A stretch of 64,000 nt of DNA from an uncultured Pseudomonadales bacterium (GCA_964487665.1 CAZARR010000005.1:100-64099); one strand, 5' to 3'. Positions 9,608 to 19,209 are shown, counted from the first letter of the stretch. The notes: a model not told the origin generated them from the letters alone. A program made the numbers and translations.

Positions 9608-10808
9608 CGGGCAGTTTATCGATCTCGTCTAGTTGATAACTTTTTTGCTCACGAGTGGTCAGGTTTTTGATTACCATGGAATTATTAGCCAGTTCGTCAG
9701 GTCCCACAATCGCGACAAATGGTATGCTCTTTCTGTCGGCATACTTGAGCTGTTTGTCGATTTTCAAACTTGGGTTGGGAAATAGCTCACAATTAATTCC
9801 ATTAGCGCGAAAGTTACTGGCCAGTTGTGAACTTAGCGAGAGTAATTCCGGGGAGAAAATTGTGACTAATATTTTACTATTGGTTTTTTTATTTGGTAAA
9901 AGGCCGAATTGGTCAGCCGCCTCTAAAGTACGGTCAAAGCCTATTCCGAATCCGGTACCGGGAATTTTTTGCCCTGAAATTTTTTCTACTAAATTATCAA
10001 ATCTTTCACCACCCAATACTGATCCAGACTCGAATCCTGGAATAGTCACTTCCCAAATTGGACCAGTGGAATAAGAGAAGGATCGTGCCAAAGTGGGTTC
10101 GAAACGGAACCAAGATGGGTCAAATCCAGATTGGGAGAGATAATTAAAAATTATCTCGATAGTTTGGTTAGGTTTAAGTTTTTTCGCAATTTCCATAAAA
10201 TTTTGAGCTTCTGTTAGGCTGATACCCTTAGTTATCATGTCTTCGATAACTCCACTAGCGCCGATTTTTTCTAGTTTGTCCAATGAAACGATAGCTGAAT
10301 AGGGAAGACTAGATAACAATGACCTGTCATTGACCAGAACCTGGACTTGTCTAAATCCAAGGCGACGATAGACATCTAGTGAAAGGGCGATTACTTCTGC
10401 GTCGGCGATAGGGGAACTAACACCAAAGATATCCGCGTCACATTGTGTAAATTCTCGATAACGGCCTCGCTGTGTGTTTTCGGCTCTAAACGCAGGTTGA
10501 ATTTGGTAGCGTCGGAAGGGCATAGGCAGGGATTGACTGTATTGGCCAACAACCCGACAGGTGGGGACAGTCTGGTCATAACGTAAAGCCACCTGACGAC
10601 CGCCGTTATCTTCAAATTTAAAGAATAGCTTCTCATCATCACCAATCTGGCCGGCGAAAAGCTCTAGTGGTTCAATGGTTGGCGTTTCGATAGGATCGTA
10701 ACCCCAAAGTTCGAAAATTCCGGCGATTTTGTCGCGGAGCCATTTTCGTTTGAGGGCTTCCTGGGGGAGAAAGTCGCGAAAGCCCTTGAGCGTTTGTGGA
10801 AGATTCAT
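9591..10808 (-). CDS. hisS: histidine--tRNA ligase
   Basis: N-terminus LKGFRDFLPQEA ... class II motifs (RYDQTVP, FRRYQIQPAFRAE), C-terminal anticodon-binding domain. Confidence 0.9.
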   Translation of the reverse strand: MNLPQTLKGFRDFLPQEALKRKWLRDKIAGIFELWGYDPIETPTIEPLELFAGQIGDDEKLFFKFEDNGGRQVALRYDQTVPTCRVVGQYSQSLPMPFRRYQIQPAFRAENTQRGRYREFTQCDADIFGVSSPIADAEVIALSLDVYRRLGFRQVQVLVNDRSLLSSLPYSAIVSLDKLEKIGASGVIEDMITKGISLTEAQNFMEIAKKLKPNQTIEIIFNYLSQSGFDPSWFRFEPTLARSFSYSTGPIWEVTIPGFESGSVLGGERFDNLVEKISGQKIPGTGFGIGFDRTLEAADQFGLLPNKKTNSKILVTIFSPELLSLSSQLASNFRANGINCELFPNPSLKIDKQLKYADRKSIPFVAIVGPDELANNSMVIKNLTTREQKSYQLDEIDKLPDVFYN

Positions 10809-10836
10809 AAGTATAATTCTAGCAAGTAAATAATTA

Positions 10837-11283
10837 TTAACCTAGAAGATCATTTGAGGCTAAATCATCGAGGTTTTGAACCTGGAATTTTCCGAGCCTA
10901 CGCTTACCAAAATAGATGAATGGAACCGTAGCGTTTTTAGAGGTTATAAAATCCTTATTGGTGTCGCCCAAATAGTACGTTTGCAAGGAACCTGATATTT
11001 TAATTAAGTATTGTATTGCAGCCGGGTTCGGTTTACTTGGAAGTTGTGAACCTGATGTAACCACAAACATTTTTGAAATAATTGTGTTCAAGATGTTAAG
11101 TTTGCTCAGGATATTAATTGTTTCGGATTGTGTTGCCCCAGTAAAAACTGATAACAGATAACCCTTTTCCTGAATTTTTATCAAACTATCTCTGTTCCCA
11201 TTAAGAGTGGGCGGTCTCATGTTTTTCACGAGAGTTCCCTGAAGATCAAATATCAGTAATTTGTTTATCATACCTCTTTCCAT
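10837..11283 (-). CDS. HAD-superfamily hydrolase-like protein (short)
   Basis: N-terminal LLIFDLQGTLV (HAD motif I: DxDGT-like), later YYLGDTNKDF (motif IV-like). Only 148 aa. Confidence 0.4.
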   Translation of the reverse strand: MERGMINKLLIFDLQGTLVKNMRPPTLNGNRDSLIKIQEKGYLLSVFTGATQSETINILSKLNILNTIISKMFVVTSGSQLPSKPNPAAIQYLIKISGSLQTYYLGDTNKDFITSKNATVPFIYFGKRRLGKFQVQNLDDLASNDLLG

Positions 11284-12608
11284 CTCAATGGTAAGTTGAA
11301 ACCAGCATCGTTTATTAGTGGTGTTTGGCCGTATGTAGCCATAACACCAAGAACTTGTTTGCTAGAAATCCAAATACAAATTTTTTCAAATAGAGCGTCT
11401 GGTTGGGTAATGCGTCTGGCCCTATTGTCAACACAAACGAGACCCTGAGTTGTAGAAACCGTAAGGGGTTGAAAAATATACTTGCTCGGATCATTAAGAA
11501 GCGAAAATTCATCTTTTGTTTCAAGTATTCTGACCCCATTGAGTGACTCAGAACTGATGGGTTTTGCGACTACTGGGAGGCTTGTTTGTGGTGGAGCTGT
11601 CGAGGTGTTGATAAATGTGTCAGGTGCTAATCTGTAGAGTTTTTCCAGCGAATCCTTTTGGTCTAGTGCTCTGAATTGGGACGGAGCTAAAAGTAACCCT
11701 TGCTGCTGGGCCTGAATTATTGCCTCGACTGCCTTTTGTTCTCCGGCAGATTGGTTAGTCATTGTAAACGAACCGTCGAAATAGAGTGTTGATACCACAA
11801 TATTACTTTTTGTAACAAGACAACCGGAATCGGCTAATCTTAAATCCCTCAAGGGGCTAACAACTACTTGGGTAAAGCGGGATGTAGCCTCGAGATAAGC
11901 GGCAAGACAGTAGATTTCATCACGTTGACAGCTGGTAGTCTGGTCACAGTAGGCAAGACCAATTGGTCCCCGAGATTTGGCGTTTGCCAATTGTTCAGAA
12001 AAAATTTTGATGGGCTTGGTAAAACTACCAAGGCCATAAATATCGTAGAAGGCTTGGAGGGCTCCGATATTGTCGACCCAGCACGGATTAATTTCGATTA
12101 TTTTGACTCTATTGTCAGGTTGTCGGATAACGTCGACGCGAGCCATTGGTAAACCTAGGGGCATTTCTTCAAGTGCTTGAGCCAGATACCAAATTTTTTC
12201 CGGAAAATTGGTGGGGAGTATTATCGTAGCCGGGTATTCGGTAGTCTTTTCAGGAAAAGCAAAGTTGAAAACGTAATCGCCATAGCTTGCACCTCGCTCT
12301 TTTAGGCAGACAAAAAGCTTTGCTGCCATCTGTAATTTCTCTAGACCTAAACCGTCAGGGATAAACATCGATTCTTTAAACCTTGACCTGTTCGCGCTAC
12401 GCCATTGGGCTTGACGTTTCCGGGCAACCCTGAGTTCTTTCCACAATACTCTTTCCGTTTTTGACGGAGCCAAGCTGCGGCTGAGCGCTTGTCCCAATAG
12501 ATTGATATCGGCGTTAATTTGTGTCTGGTACCCTAACGAGTCGGCCTTTCTTCTCAGGTCATCAAGTTGGCCACGAGTGGGGTAGCTTACTGTCTCTTTA
12601 TTCTTCAT
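11268..12608 (-). CDS. hypothetical protein, possible ATP-grasp-like fold
   Basis: 446-aa ORF with no confident family. The segment RVDVIRQPDNRVKIIEINPCW is reminiscent of the ATP-grasp C-lobe. Confidence 0.3.
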   Translation of the reverse strand: MKNKETVSYPTRGQLDDLRRKADSLGYQTQINADINLLGQALSRSLAPSKTERVLWKELRVARKRQAQWRSANRSRFKESMFIPDGLGLEKLQMAAKLFVCLKERGASYGDYVFNFAFPEKTTEYPATIILPTNFPEKIWYLAQALEEMPLGLPMARVDVIRQPDNRVKIIEINPCWVDNIGALQAFYDIYGLGSFTKPIKIFSEQLANAKSRGPIGLAYCDQTTSCQRDEIYCLAAYLEATSRFTQVVVSPLRDLRLADSGCLVTKSNIVVSTLYFDGSFTMTNQSAGEQKAVEAIIQAQQQGLLLAPSQFRALDQKDSLEKLYRLAPDTFINTSTAPPQTSLPVVAKPISSESLNGVRILETKDEFSLLNDPSKYIFQPLTVSTTQGLVCVDNRARRITQPDALFEKICIWISSKQVLGVMATYGQTPLINDAGFNLPLRWKEV

Positions 12609-12673
12609 CGTTCCAAAAGTAATTAATAAAAATTACTTGTGAAGAACGAGGGTTTTTGATGGCTGTTAAGCCA

Positions 12674-12696
12674 TAAAAAAAGACCGCCCGCGGTCC
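12674..12696 (-). terminator. rho-independent terminator hairpin (GACCGC-CC-GCGGTC) with flanking T/A runs
   Basis: Perfect 6-bp GC stem at 12683-12696, flanked by A7 on the plus strand (T7 on the minus strand). Lies downstream of minus-strand gene 12887..13546. A second hairpin CAAGCC-N7-GGCTTG is adjacent. Confidence 0.45.
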
Positions 12697-12886
12697 CATC
12701 TTCTTTTTCAAGCCTTATGGGGGCTTGAACGCTTGGTCCCGACTCTAGGTTGTGCCTGACATCAGGTGCTTGTCTTTTTACGGCTGCAAGTCGTTCCGTC
12801 TGGTATTTTGCCAGCTGCTCCCGGGTCGTGACTCCGGTAATAGCGCATTTAGTTAAGTTGTGGCGAGTATTTTAGGCAATTGACCG

Positions 12887-13546
12887 TTATTTGTCAAATT
12901 TGGCCTTGAGAAGGGTGTACTGCTTATTTTTGCTGTCGCTAGTTACGATGGCAGTAACTTTGCTAGAGGTCGTGGAACTATTGATTGTTGGAGTAAAGTT
13001 TCTAGGAAAGATAACTTTTATCTCTGTCTGGTCCGGGCGGAGTATAGAAAAAACGCGTGTCTTGGTATCGACTGTGGTTACAGTACCAAATACAGGCATG
13101 CGTGTGGCGATAGCAACCGAGGGTTGGCCAATGTTGATAATGCGACGAGCAATAACAATATCCGAACCCATCTGGCGTTCACCAATGATAATTATCTTCC
13201 CGTTTAGTGATAGGTCTTTGATAGTAATGTTTTTGTTATTATCGAGAATAGTTGTGGAGTTTTGAATAGCAATTTGTAGGTTTTCATTCTTCTTAGTTGT
13301 GACCAGCAAATTATTACTGTTGATTGAATCAACGGTAGTTACAACACCAATTAGGTTCTGGCTTATGGCCACAGCCGAAGATTGGGCGTTTTTGTCGATA
13401 GTGTCTTTAATTTTGTCGACAACTTCCTTGGTTATTTCTTGGCTACTTGTTGCCTCGGGAGTGGTGGCCGCAAATGTGATTATTTGATGACTGAGACATA
13501 GGAAAGAAAAAATAATAATGGTAGTAATGTTAGTCAGGTGTTTCAT
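12887..13546 (-). CDS. hypothetical secreted protein (N-terminal signal peptide)
   Basis: Hydrophobic N-terminus (IIIFSFLCLSHQIITFA). Thr/Ser/Asn-rich, low complexity. Confidence 0.45.
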   Translation of the reverse strand: MKHLTNITTIIIFSFLCLSHQIITFAATTPEATSSQEITKEVVDKIKDTIDKNAQSSAVAISQNLIGVVTTVDSINSNNLLVTTKKNENLQIAIQNSTTILDNNKNITIKDLSLNGKIIIIGERQMGSDIVIARRIINIGQPSVAIATRMPVFGTVTTVDTKTRVFSILRPDQTEIKVIFPRNFTPTINSSTTSSKVTAIVTSDSKNKQYTLLKAKFDK

Positions 13547-13992
13547 AAAGTTGAGGTGGTGTAAATAACCGTTACCGTTTGATCCTCTTGAGTGGAGCCA
13601 ATAATGGTCGTGACTCTAATTTCATTTTCTCCACCAACCAAGCTGATATTAGTTTCGTAGTTACCTTTGTTGTCCGAAGTTACGATTGTCTCCGAGCCCT
13701 CATATATAACTGTAAGATCGCTGTTCGCAGGCGCTTTTCCTCTGACAATGATATTTTTTTCAAACAAAACCGACTGATCTTGGGGGTAGGTAATGGTTAG
13801 TTTGGCCGTGGGTGGTGTGGGGGCGGCAGTAACTGTGGCCAGAGAGCTTGTTTGCTCCGTTGCCTTGGGAAGGTTAGTGGTAATTGCCTTTTGCGTTGCT
13901 TCCTTTGCAATCTTTAGACCGTAAAGTATTACAGTTCCAAGAATGGCGCCTATGACAATTGCGAAAACTATTTCTTTACGCATCAAGCGCAA
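13543..13992 (-). CDS. hypothetical membrane-anchored protein
   Basis: Single N-terminal TM (FAIVIGAILGTVILYGL) followed by a Thr-rich linker and a beta-rich domain. Stop/start coupled with the downstream secreted-protein gene. Confidence 0.45.
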   Translation of the reverse strand: MRLMRKEIVFAIVIGAILGTVILYGLKIAKEATQKAITTNLPKATEQTSSLATVTAAPTPPTAKLTITYPQDQSVLFEKNIIVRGKAPANSDLTVIYEGSETIVTSDNKGNYETNISLVGGENEIRVTTIIGSTQEDQTVTVIYTTSTL

Positions 13993-14045
13993 AGATAACA
14001 GTTTATGGGAGCGAATTCAACTGGGTGTATGCTAAGATAAGGGCA

Positions 14046-14714
14046 ATGGTCGAGATTGTTTATTTGGGTCATTCGTGTTTTAAGATAAAATCAGGCAAAT
14101 TACCAACGGTGTTAATTGATCCATTTGATCCCAAGGTGGTGGGATTGGGACTTCCCAAACAGGATGCCGATATTGTATGTATTTCTCATCAACATGAAGA
14201 TCACAATTGTAGTTTGGTAGTTTCTGGGGCAACAGGACGGGAAGCTCCATTTGTTATCGATAGGCCGGGCGAGTATGAAATCGGTGGGGTTGAGGTCAGG
14301 ATGGTCAACACATTTCATGATAATAAAGAAGGAGATGAGCGCGGAAAGAATTTAGTCTGTGTAGTGAGAATAGATGGAGTTTTTGTGGTACACCTGGGTG
14401 ACTTGGGACATTCTTTGTCAGACAAGAAAGTCGAAGAGATTGGTTATACGGACGTGTTGATGATTCCAGTGGGTGGTATATATACAATTCCAATTAAGGA
14501 GGCTGTGGGGGTGATTAACCAGCTGGATCCAGGAATAGTGGTACCAATGCATTACAAAGTCGAAGGTCTGGTTTTGCCACGCGCTTCTGAGATGAATACT
14601 GTTGACGAATTTTTGAAGATTTACGGTGTTCAAGACCCAGTTCGCGAGAAAAAACTAAAAGTAAGTGCGGACTCTTTACCCGAAAATACTATTGTTGAAG
14701 TGTTAGAAGTCTAA
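14046..14714 (+). CDS. metallo-beta-lactamase-fold metal-dependent hydrolase (UPF0173-like)
   Basis: VEIVYLGHSCFKI ... CISHQHEDH, the MBL fold HxHxDH motif. The track ORF begins at 13959; the homologous start is likely M at 14046. Confidence 0.7.
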   Translation: MVEIVYLGHSCFKIKSGKLPTVLIDPFDPKVVGLGLPKQDADIVCISHQHEDHNCSLVVSGATGREAPFVIDRPGEYEIGGVEVRMVNTFHDNKEGDERGKNLVCVVRIDGVFVVHLGDLGHSLSDKKVEEIGYTDVLMIPVGGIYTIPIKEAVGVINQLDPGIVVPMHYKVEGLVLPRASEMNTVDEFLKIYGVQDPVREKKLKVSADSLPENTIVEVLEV

Positions 14715-14722
14715 TATTTTGT

Positions 14723-16033
14723 ATGGCTATTAGGATTCCACCGCATTCGGACGAGGCGGAAAGGAGTGTGTTGGGAGCGCTTCTTATTGACCGAGACGCG
14801 GTGGTAGAGGTAATAGACAAGCTTTCGGCTGACATGTTTTATGATCAAGCTAGGGGCAAAATTTTTGGGGCTATCAAAGTACTTTATGAAAATCGTGACC
14901 CGATAGATGTGGTGACAGTGGGGGACAGATTAAAATCGGATAAAGTCTTAAAGGATGTTGGTGGTGTATCGATCTTGACGGAGTTAGCCGGTGGCGTGCC
15001 AACTACCGCGCACGTAGGCAAGTATGCCAAGATAGTTAAAGAAAACTATGTAAAACGCCAAATGGTTTCGTTGGCTGCCGATCTGACGGAGATGGTCCTC
15101 GACGAAGGGAGTGATCTTGATCAGGTATTGGATAGGGCAGAGCAGTCGGTGTTTTCAATCAGTCAAAAAAATGTCAACACGGGGTTTGTGGCGATAAAAG
15201 ATGCCTTGGCGGAAAGTTTTGATAGGCTTGATGAGCTGCATAAATCTGGTGGGGGGCTGCGGGGGATTCCCACGGGTTTTACCGACCTCGACGACGCTTT
15301 GGCGGGTATGCAAGAGAGTAACTTAATTATATTAGCTGCGCGACCTGGAGTGGGGAAAACAAGTCTGGCGCTAAACATTGCTCACTATGCTGCCGTAGAG
15401 AAAAAGATTCCAGTAGGCGTATTTTCACTAGAAATGAGTAATTTGGAATTGGTGGATCGCTTGTTGGTGGCCCAGGCGAATATTGACGCATGGAAGATGA
15501 AAACAGGTAATCTGAAAGATGACGACTGGTTGGCTATGTCCGAAGCGATGGGGGTACTGGCTGACTCGCCACTTTTTATAGATGATACGCCCGGGCAATC
15601 TATATTACAGATGAGGACAAAAGCAAGAAGGTTACAGTCTGATTCTGGGATAAAGTTATTGGTGGTTGATTATCTCCAATTAGCTGTTGGCGACGGAAAA
15701 TACGAAAGTAGAGTTCAAGAGGTGGGGGCGATATCACAGGGGCTGAAAAATTTGGCTCGTGAATTAAAAATTCCGGTTTTGGCATTGTCCCAGTTATCAC
15801 GAGCAGTAGAAAGTAGAGGAGAAAAAATTCCTCAGCTTTCTGATTTGCGAGAATCGGGCAGCATCGAACAGGACGCTGATGTGGTGATGTTTTTGTTTAA
15901 GCCAGACGAAGAAAATTTGGAGGATTACAAGCTGAACATTGCCAAGCACAGGAATGGTCCACTGAGAACTATTGAATTGCACTTCCGTGGAGACAGAATT
16001 AGGTTTTACGGTGCGGAGCGGGGTAGGAACTAG
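14723..16033 (+). CDS. dnaB: replicative DNA helicase DnaB
   Basis: IPPHSDEAERSVLGALLID N-terminus. Walker A ARPGVGKTSLAL. RecA-like C-terminal domain. No intein. Confidence 0.95.
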   Translation: MAIRIPPHSDEAERSVLGALLIDRDAVVEVIDKLSADMFYDQARGKIFGAIKVLYENRDPIDVVTVGDRLKSDKVLKDVGGVSILTELAGGVPTTAHVGKYAKIVKENYVKRQMVSLAADLTEMVLDEGSDLDQVLDRAEQSVFSISQKNVNTGFVAIKDALAESFDRLDELHKSGGGLRGIPTGFTDLDDALAGMQESNLIILAARPGVGKTSLALNIAHYAAVEKKIPVGVFSLEMSNLELVDRLLVAQANIDAWKMKTGNLKDDDWLAMSEAMGVLADSPLFIDDTPGQSILQMRTKARRLQSDSGIKLLVVDYLQLAVGDGKYESRVQEVGAISQGLKNLARELKIPVLALSQLSRAVESRGEKIPQLSDLRESGSIEQDADVVMFLFKPDEENLEDYKLNIAKHRNGPLRTIELHFRGDRIRFYGAERGRN

Positions 16034-16524
16034 TCTGCAATTATCGAGGATACTTTTGGGAGTGCGACGCGTAGGTAGTCGACTGATTTCATGGCAATGG
16101 AATAGCGTTTGTCCCCGGCGTTGAAAATAATGGTTTTGTGTTCGAATAGCGTTTGATCTGCAATTATTTCTAAACCAAACAAATTACCAAATGGAGGTAC
16201 GCCACCTAGTTCTATTCCGTGGGTCAGGTTGATAACCTCTTCTGGGGTTGCTAGCCGAATATCTTTGGCACCTAGGAGGCATTTGACTCTACGGTTGTCA
16301 AAACGAGTATCACCAGGAAGAACAAACATGGCGAATTTTTGGTTCAGCGGTGAAAATTTGATTCTGACTATCATAGCTTTGGCGCCCTGACTAATCGAAT
16401 AGTCTGGTCTGACTTTTGATGCCTCGAGACTGGTCTTTACCGGTTCGTGTTCAAAAGTTTCGAACCAGCAGTTATTATTTTTGAGTAGCTTAACAATGGT
16501 TGAGACAGTGGGGTGGTACTTCAT
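16030..16524 (-). CDS. ybaK: YbaK/ProX-family aminoacyl-tRNA deacylase
   Basis: GIELGGVPPFG motif and the overall YbaK fold signature. Start trimmed to M (MKYHP) to avoid overlap with tRNA-Leu. Confidence 0.7.
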   Translation of the reverse strand: MKYHPTVSTIVKLLKNNNCWFETFEHEPVKTSLEASKVRPDYSISQGAKAMIVRIKFSPLNQKFAMFVLPGDTRFDNRRVKCLLGAKDIRLATPEEVINLTHGIELGGVPPFGNLFGLEIIADQTLFEHKTIIFNAGDKRYSIAMKSVDYLRVALPKVSSIIAD

Positions 16525-16551
16525 TGGCAATTTAGTGTTTTTGAAAACTTG

Positions 16552-16637
16552 TGCCGGGGGAGGGGGTCGAACCCTCACGAGGTTTGAGCCTCATAGGTTT
16601 TTGAGACCTACGCGTCTGCCAGTTCCGCCACCTCGGC
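16552..16637 (-). tRNA. tRNA-Leu(CAA), type II with long variable arm
   Basis: Cloverleaf read by eye on the minus strand. Acceptor GCCGAGG/CCCCGGC has one A:C mismatch. D-arm GGCGGAACTGGCAGACGC. Anticodon loop CUCAAAA gives CAA. Long variable arm GAGGCUCAAACCUC. T-arm GAGGGTTCGACCCCCTC. Discriminator A. No encoded CCA. Confidence 0.75.
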
Positions 16638-16677
16638 AAGCAGAGCTATTTTAGCATCTGTGAGGTAAAATATATTT

Positions 16678-17244
16678 ATGATTGATGTTAATGCTCTAAA
16701 GGTTGGAGTAACTTTCGTGGATGGAGGTGCCCCGTTCAAGGTGATGAAGTATGACTTTACCAAGATGGGGAGGGGTAATGCGACTATTAAAGTTAAAGCA
16801 AAAAATTTATTTACAGGGGCTATAGTCACCAAAGGTTTTATTTCAGGAAACAGAGTTGAAGACATTACTCTGGTAAAAAAACATCTTCAGTATCTATATA
16901 AAGACGAGAAGTACTTATTTTTGATGGACCCAATCAGCTTTGAGCAGGTGGAAATTCCCGTGGAGGTTTGTGGACCTGATGTTGAGTATTTGGTTGAGGG
17001 GGAAAAGGCCTGGGTCCTTTATTGGGAGGATAGGGTTCTTGGCGTTGAGATTCCTGCCTCTGTAGTACTAAAAGTAGTGGAAGCGGAGCCCGGGGTAAAA
17101 GGTAATAGTGTTGGCAACGTGATGAAGAATGCGATACTGGAAAGTGGAAAAAAGATTATGGTCCCCCTTTTTGTTCAGGTTGGCGAGTTAGTCAAAGTAA
17201 ATACAGAAGAGGGGACGTACATTGGTCGAGTCAACGAAGGTTAG
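16678..17244 (+). CDS. efp: elongation factor P
   Basis: VGVTFVDGGAPFKVMKYDFTKMGRGNATIKVKAKNLFTG, the canonical EF-P N-terminus with three OB-like domains. Confidence 0.95.
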   Translation: MIDVNALKVGVTFVDGGAPFKVMKYDFTKMGRGNATIKVKAKNLFTGAIVTKGFISGNRVEDITLVKKHLQYLYKDEKYLFLMDPISFEQVEIPVEVCGPDVEYLVEGEKAWVLYWEDRVLGVEIPASVVLKVVEAEPGVKGNSVGNVMKNAILESGKKIMVPLFVQVGELVKVNTEEGTYIGRVNEG

Positions 17245-17684
17245 CGCAAAATGTAAACCAGAACAATGGTGACAATCTGCGGAATCAGACCGCGGAATAT
17301 TTGTGGCGTCGAGCGGTGGAAAAACTTGTGAAATTTAGCATGCTCTTTTATGGGAAAAAACTTCCAGCCAAGGAACAGAAAGGGAAATTCGAGAAAGTCA
17401 GGTAGTAAAGCGAAAAACCAACCAAGCCAGGGGAGAATTGAGAATGGTTGTTTGTAGTTAAAAAATAGGTAGACAAGCAAAACTGAGGCTGGTAAATCGA
17501 TAAATATCTCCTGTAAAAATGCCGCACGTTTACTTTTGAGCTTTTTCGAAAGGCCTTGTCCTACGTCCCAGTGGAGAATATAGTCTTCAAGATAGTGCGA
17601 GGTCAGTGTCAGCGGGACGGCAAGTAATGGGTTGAATTTGGAAAATATTAAGGCTCCTGTGGCAGCGTGGGCGATTGAGAGCAT
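17241..17684 (-). CDS. hypothetical membrane protein
   Basis: 147 aa, 4 predicted TM helices. No family recognised. Confidence 0.4.
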   Translation of the reverse strand: MLSIAHAATGALIFSKFNPLLAVPLTLTSHYLEDYILHWDVGQGLSKKLKSKRAAFLQEIFIDLPASVLLVYLFFNYKQPFSILPWLGWFFALLPDFLEFPFLFLGWKFFPIKEHAKFHKFFHRSTPQIFRGLIPQIVTIVLVYILR

Positions 17685-17709
17685 GTTTTTTTAGTATACT
17701 ATAGACACA

Positions 17710-18432
17710 ATGAATTGGCCGGTACTACTTGACCTGGGTACAGTAAAAATTTATAGCTCGGGTTTGTTTGCGGTGTTGTCGTTTTTGTGGGGAATATTCG
17801 TGGTAAGTAAAAAGGCTAGAGAAGAACATCTTAGCCTGGCAACTGTTTACGATAGTGGAGTGATCAGTTTACTGGCAGTGGTCGTGATAATGAGAGCGGC
17901 TTTTTTTCTGGGTTTGAGAAATGCTTCTATAGAAATAGGATTGATCGGAGGGGTGTTAACTGGCGCAACTTTCTTGTCCTTTCGAGAGGAGAGGAAACTG
18001 TTTGATGTTTTGGACTTGATGGTTTTGGGCGGAATACTGGCTTTAGCTTGGGAATATTTAGGGTTTTTTTGGTCAGGTGCTGCAAGGATTTTTTTGTATA
18101 TAGGGAATTTTGGATTTGCGATTGACAGATTTTTGTTATTGGCACTATATTTCCTAACCGGATTTTTGATCCTGTGGCGACTAGAGACGATATATCGAAC
18201 ATTTATGTGGTACAGAGCCGGAAAATCATCAGCCAAGAGTGGTTTTGTAGTAGGAACAGCACTGTTCCTCGTGGGTCTTAGATTTTTGATATTGCCGGGT
18301 TCGTTGGTTGGAGTGGTATTCGGTTGGGTAATGGTAGTTGGGTCGATAATACTAATTTACCTTCGGTCTGGGCGGAAGATAGGAAATGACCTAAGGCAAT
18401 CGTATAAAAGTTTACGTAGACATAACCGGTAA
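17710..18432 (+). CDS. lgt: prolipoprotein diacylglyceryl transferase-like
   Basis: N-terminus PVLLDLGTVKIYSSGLFAVLSFLWGIFVVSKKA parallels E. coli Lgt [40 protein letters not shown] and IGNF(x) signature-like segments. Clustered with lspA. Confidence 0.65.
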   Translation: MNWPVLLDLGTVKIYSSGLFAVLSFLWGIFVVSKKAREEHLSLATVYDSGVISLLAVVVIMRAAFFLGLRNASIEIGLIGGVLTGATFLSFREERKLFDVLDLMVLGGILALAWEYLGFFWSGAARIFLYIGNFGFAIDRFLLLALYFLTGFLILWRLETIYRTFMWYRAGKSSAKSGFVVGTALFLVGLRFLILPGSLVGVVFGWVMVVGSIILIYLRSGRKIGNDLRQSYKSLRRHNR

Positions 18433-18457
18433 GGTAATGTAAACTTCGCATAAGTAT

Positions 18458-18832
18458 ATGGATAAAATTAAGTTTCCCGCCGATCTGCTTCGTCCGCTGA
18501 GGAATTATTTATTAGGTGAAAAGAAGAAACTTGTTAAAGTCAAAAAGAAGCGCGACAAAGATGATCCCTACAAAAATGAGTGGGGTGGTGAGGACGATCC
18601 GGCGATAGACACAGAGGTGAGTGAGATAATTAACCATGATCAAGTGAGTGCGGAGAGAAAGGAGGCCAGCAGGGCGATTATATCTATAAGAAAAGCGTTA
18701 ACCAAGATGAAGTTGGGAACGTACGGAATATGTGAGGGGTGCGGAAGTATGATTGATACCGATCGCCTGGCCATTAATCCTACAGCAGATTTGTGTGTAG
18801 AATGCGAGAAAAAGCGCGAAAAAAGGAAGTAA
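18458..18832 (+). CDS. DksA/TraR-family C4-type zinc-finger protein
   Basis: C-terminal CEGCGSMI ... CVECE four-cysteine zinc finger, preceded by a coiled-coil region. Confidence 0.7.
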   Translation: MDKIKFPADLLRPLRNYLLGEKKKLVKVKKKRDKDDPYKNEWGGEDDPAIDTEVSEIINHDQVSAERKEASRAIISIRKALTKMKLGTYGICEGCGSMIDTDRLAINPTADLCVECEKKREKRK

Positions 18833-18858
18833 ACTGGTCTAGGTTGTTTTGGGCAATA

Positions 18859-19209
18859 ATGTTTGTGCTGATCGAGTTCGGGTTGCAGTTGCAGTTTTTT
18901 TCAAAAGATGTGGGTATTTCGAACCGGGGGATTGCTTTTGGGCTGGGGGTAATCTGGAATAAGACGGTTGCCGGTTTGGGGATCGTGGTTATGTTGATCG
19001 TCTTCCGATGGATTTTGTCTGGTGGCAGGGGCTGGTTTTTTTTGTGGACGGGAGGTTTGGCAAATTTATTAACGAGATTTGTCTTGGGAAGTGTGCGGGA
19101 TTATATAAACCTACTTGGGATATTATGGGTGAACCTCGCCGATATATTAATTTCAATAGGAGTGATGTTAATATTGGTGAGTGGAAAAAAAGATTCAGAT
19201 CCTGTATGA
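18859..19209 (+). CDS. lspA: lipoprotein signal peptidase II
   Basis: NRGIAFG and VRDYINLL ... WVNLADILISIGVMLIL match LspA conserved boxes. The track ORF starts at 18793. The true start is ATG 18859 or TTG 18844 (RBS AAAGGAAG upstream). Confidence 0.65.
   Translation: MFVLIEFGLQLQFFSKDVGISNRGIAFGLGVIWNKTVAGLGIVVMLIVFRWILSGGRGWFFLWTGGLANLLTRFVLGSVRDYINLLGILWVNLADILISIGVMLILVSGKKDSDPV

Noticed and set aside
12700-12870. Possible SRP (4.5S) RNA on the minus strand, because of a CCCGGGAGCAGC segment resembling the CCGGAAGGAAGCAGC domain IV motif, ending in a strong terminator
   Set aside because: No GNRA-capped helix 8 and no complementary 5'/3' ends forming the long SRP hairpin could be drawn by eye. 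More parsimoniously this is the terminator region of gene 12887..13546 plus the promoter of 11268..12608. Worth an Infernal scan, but not called.
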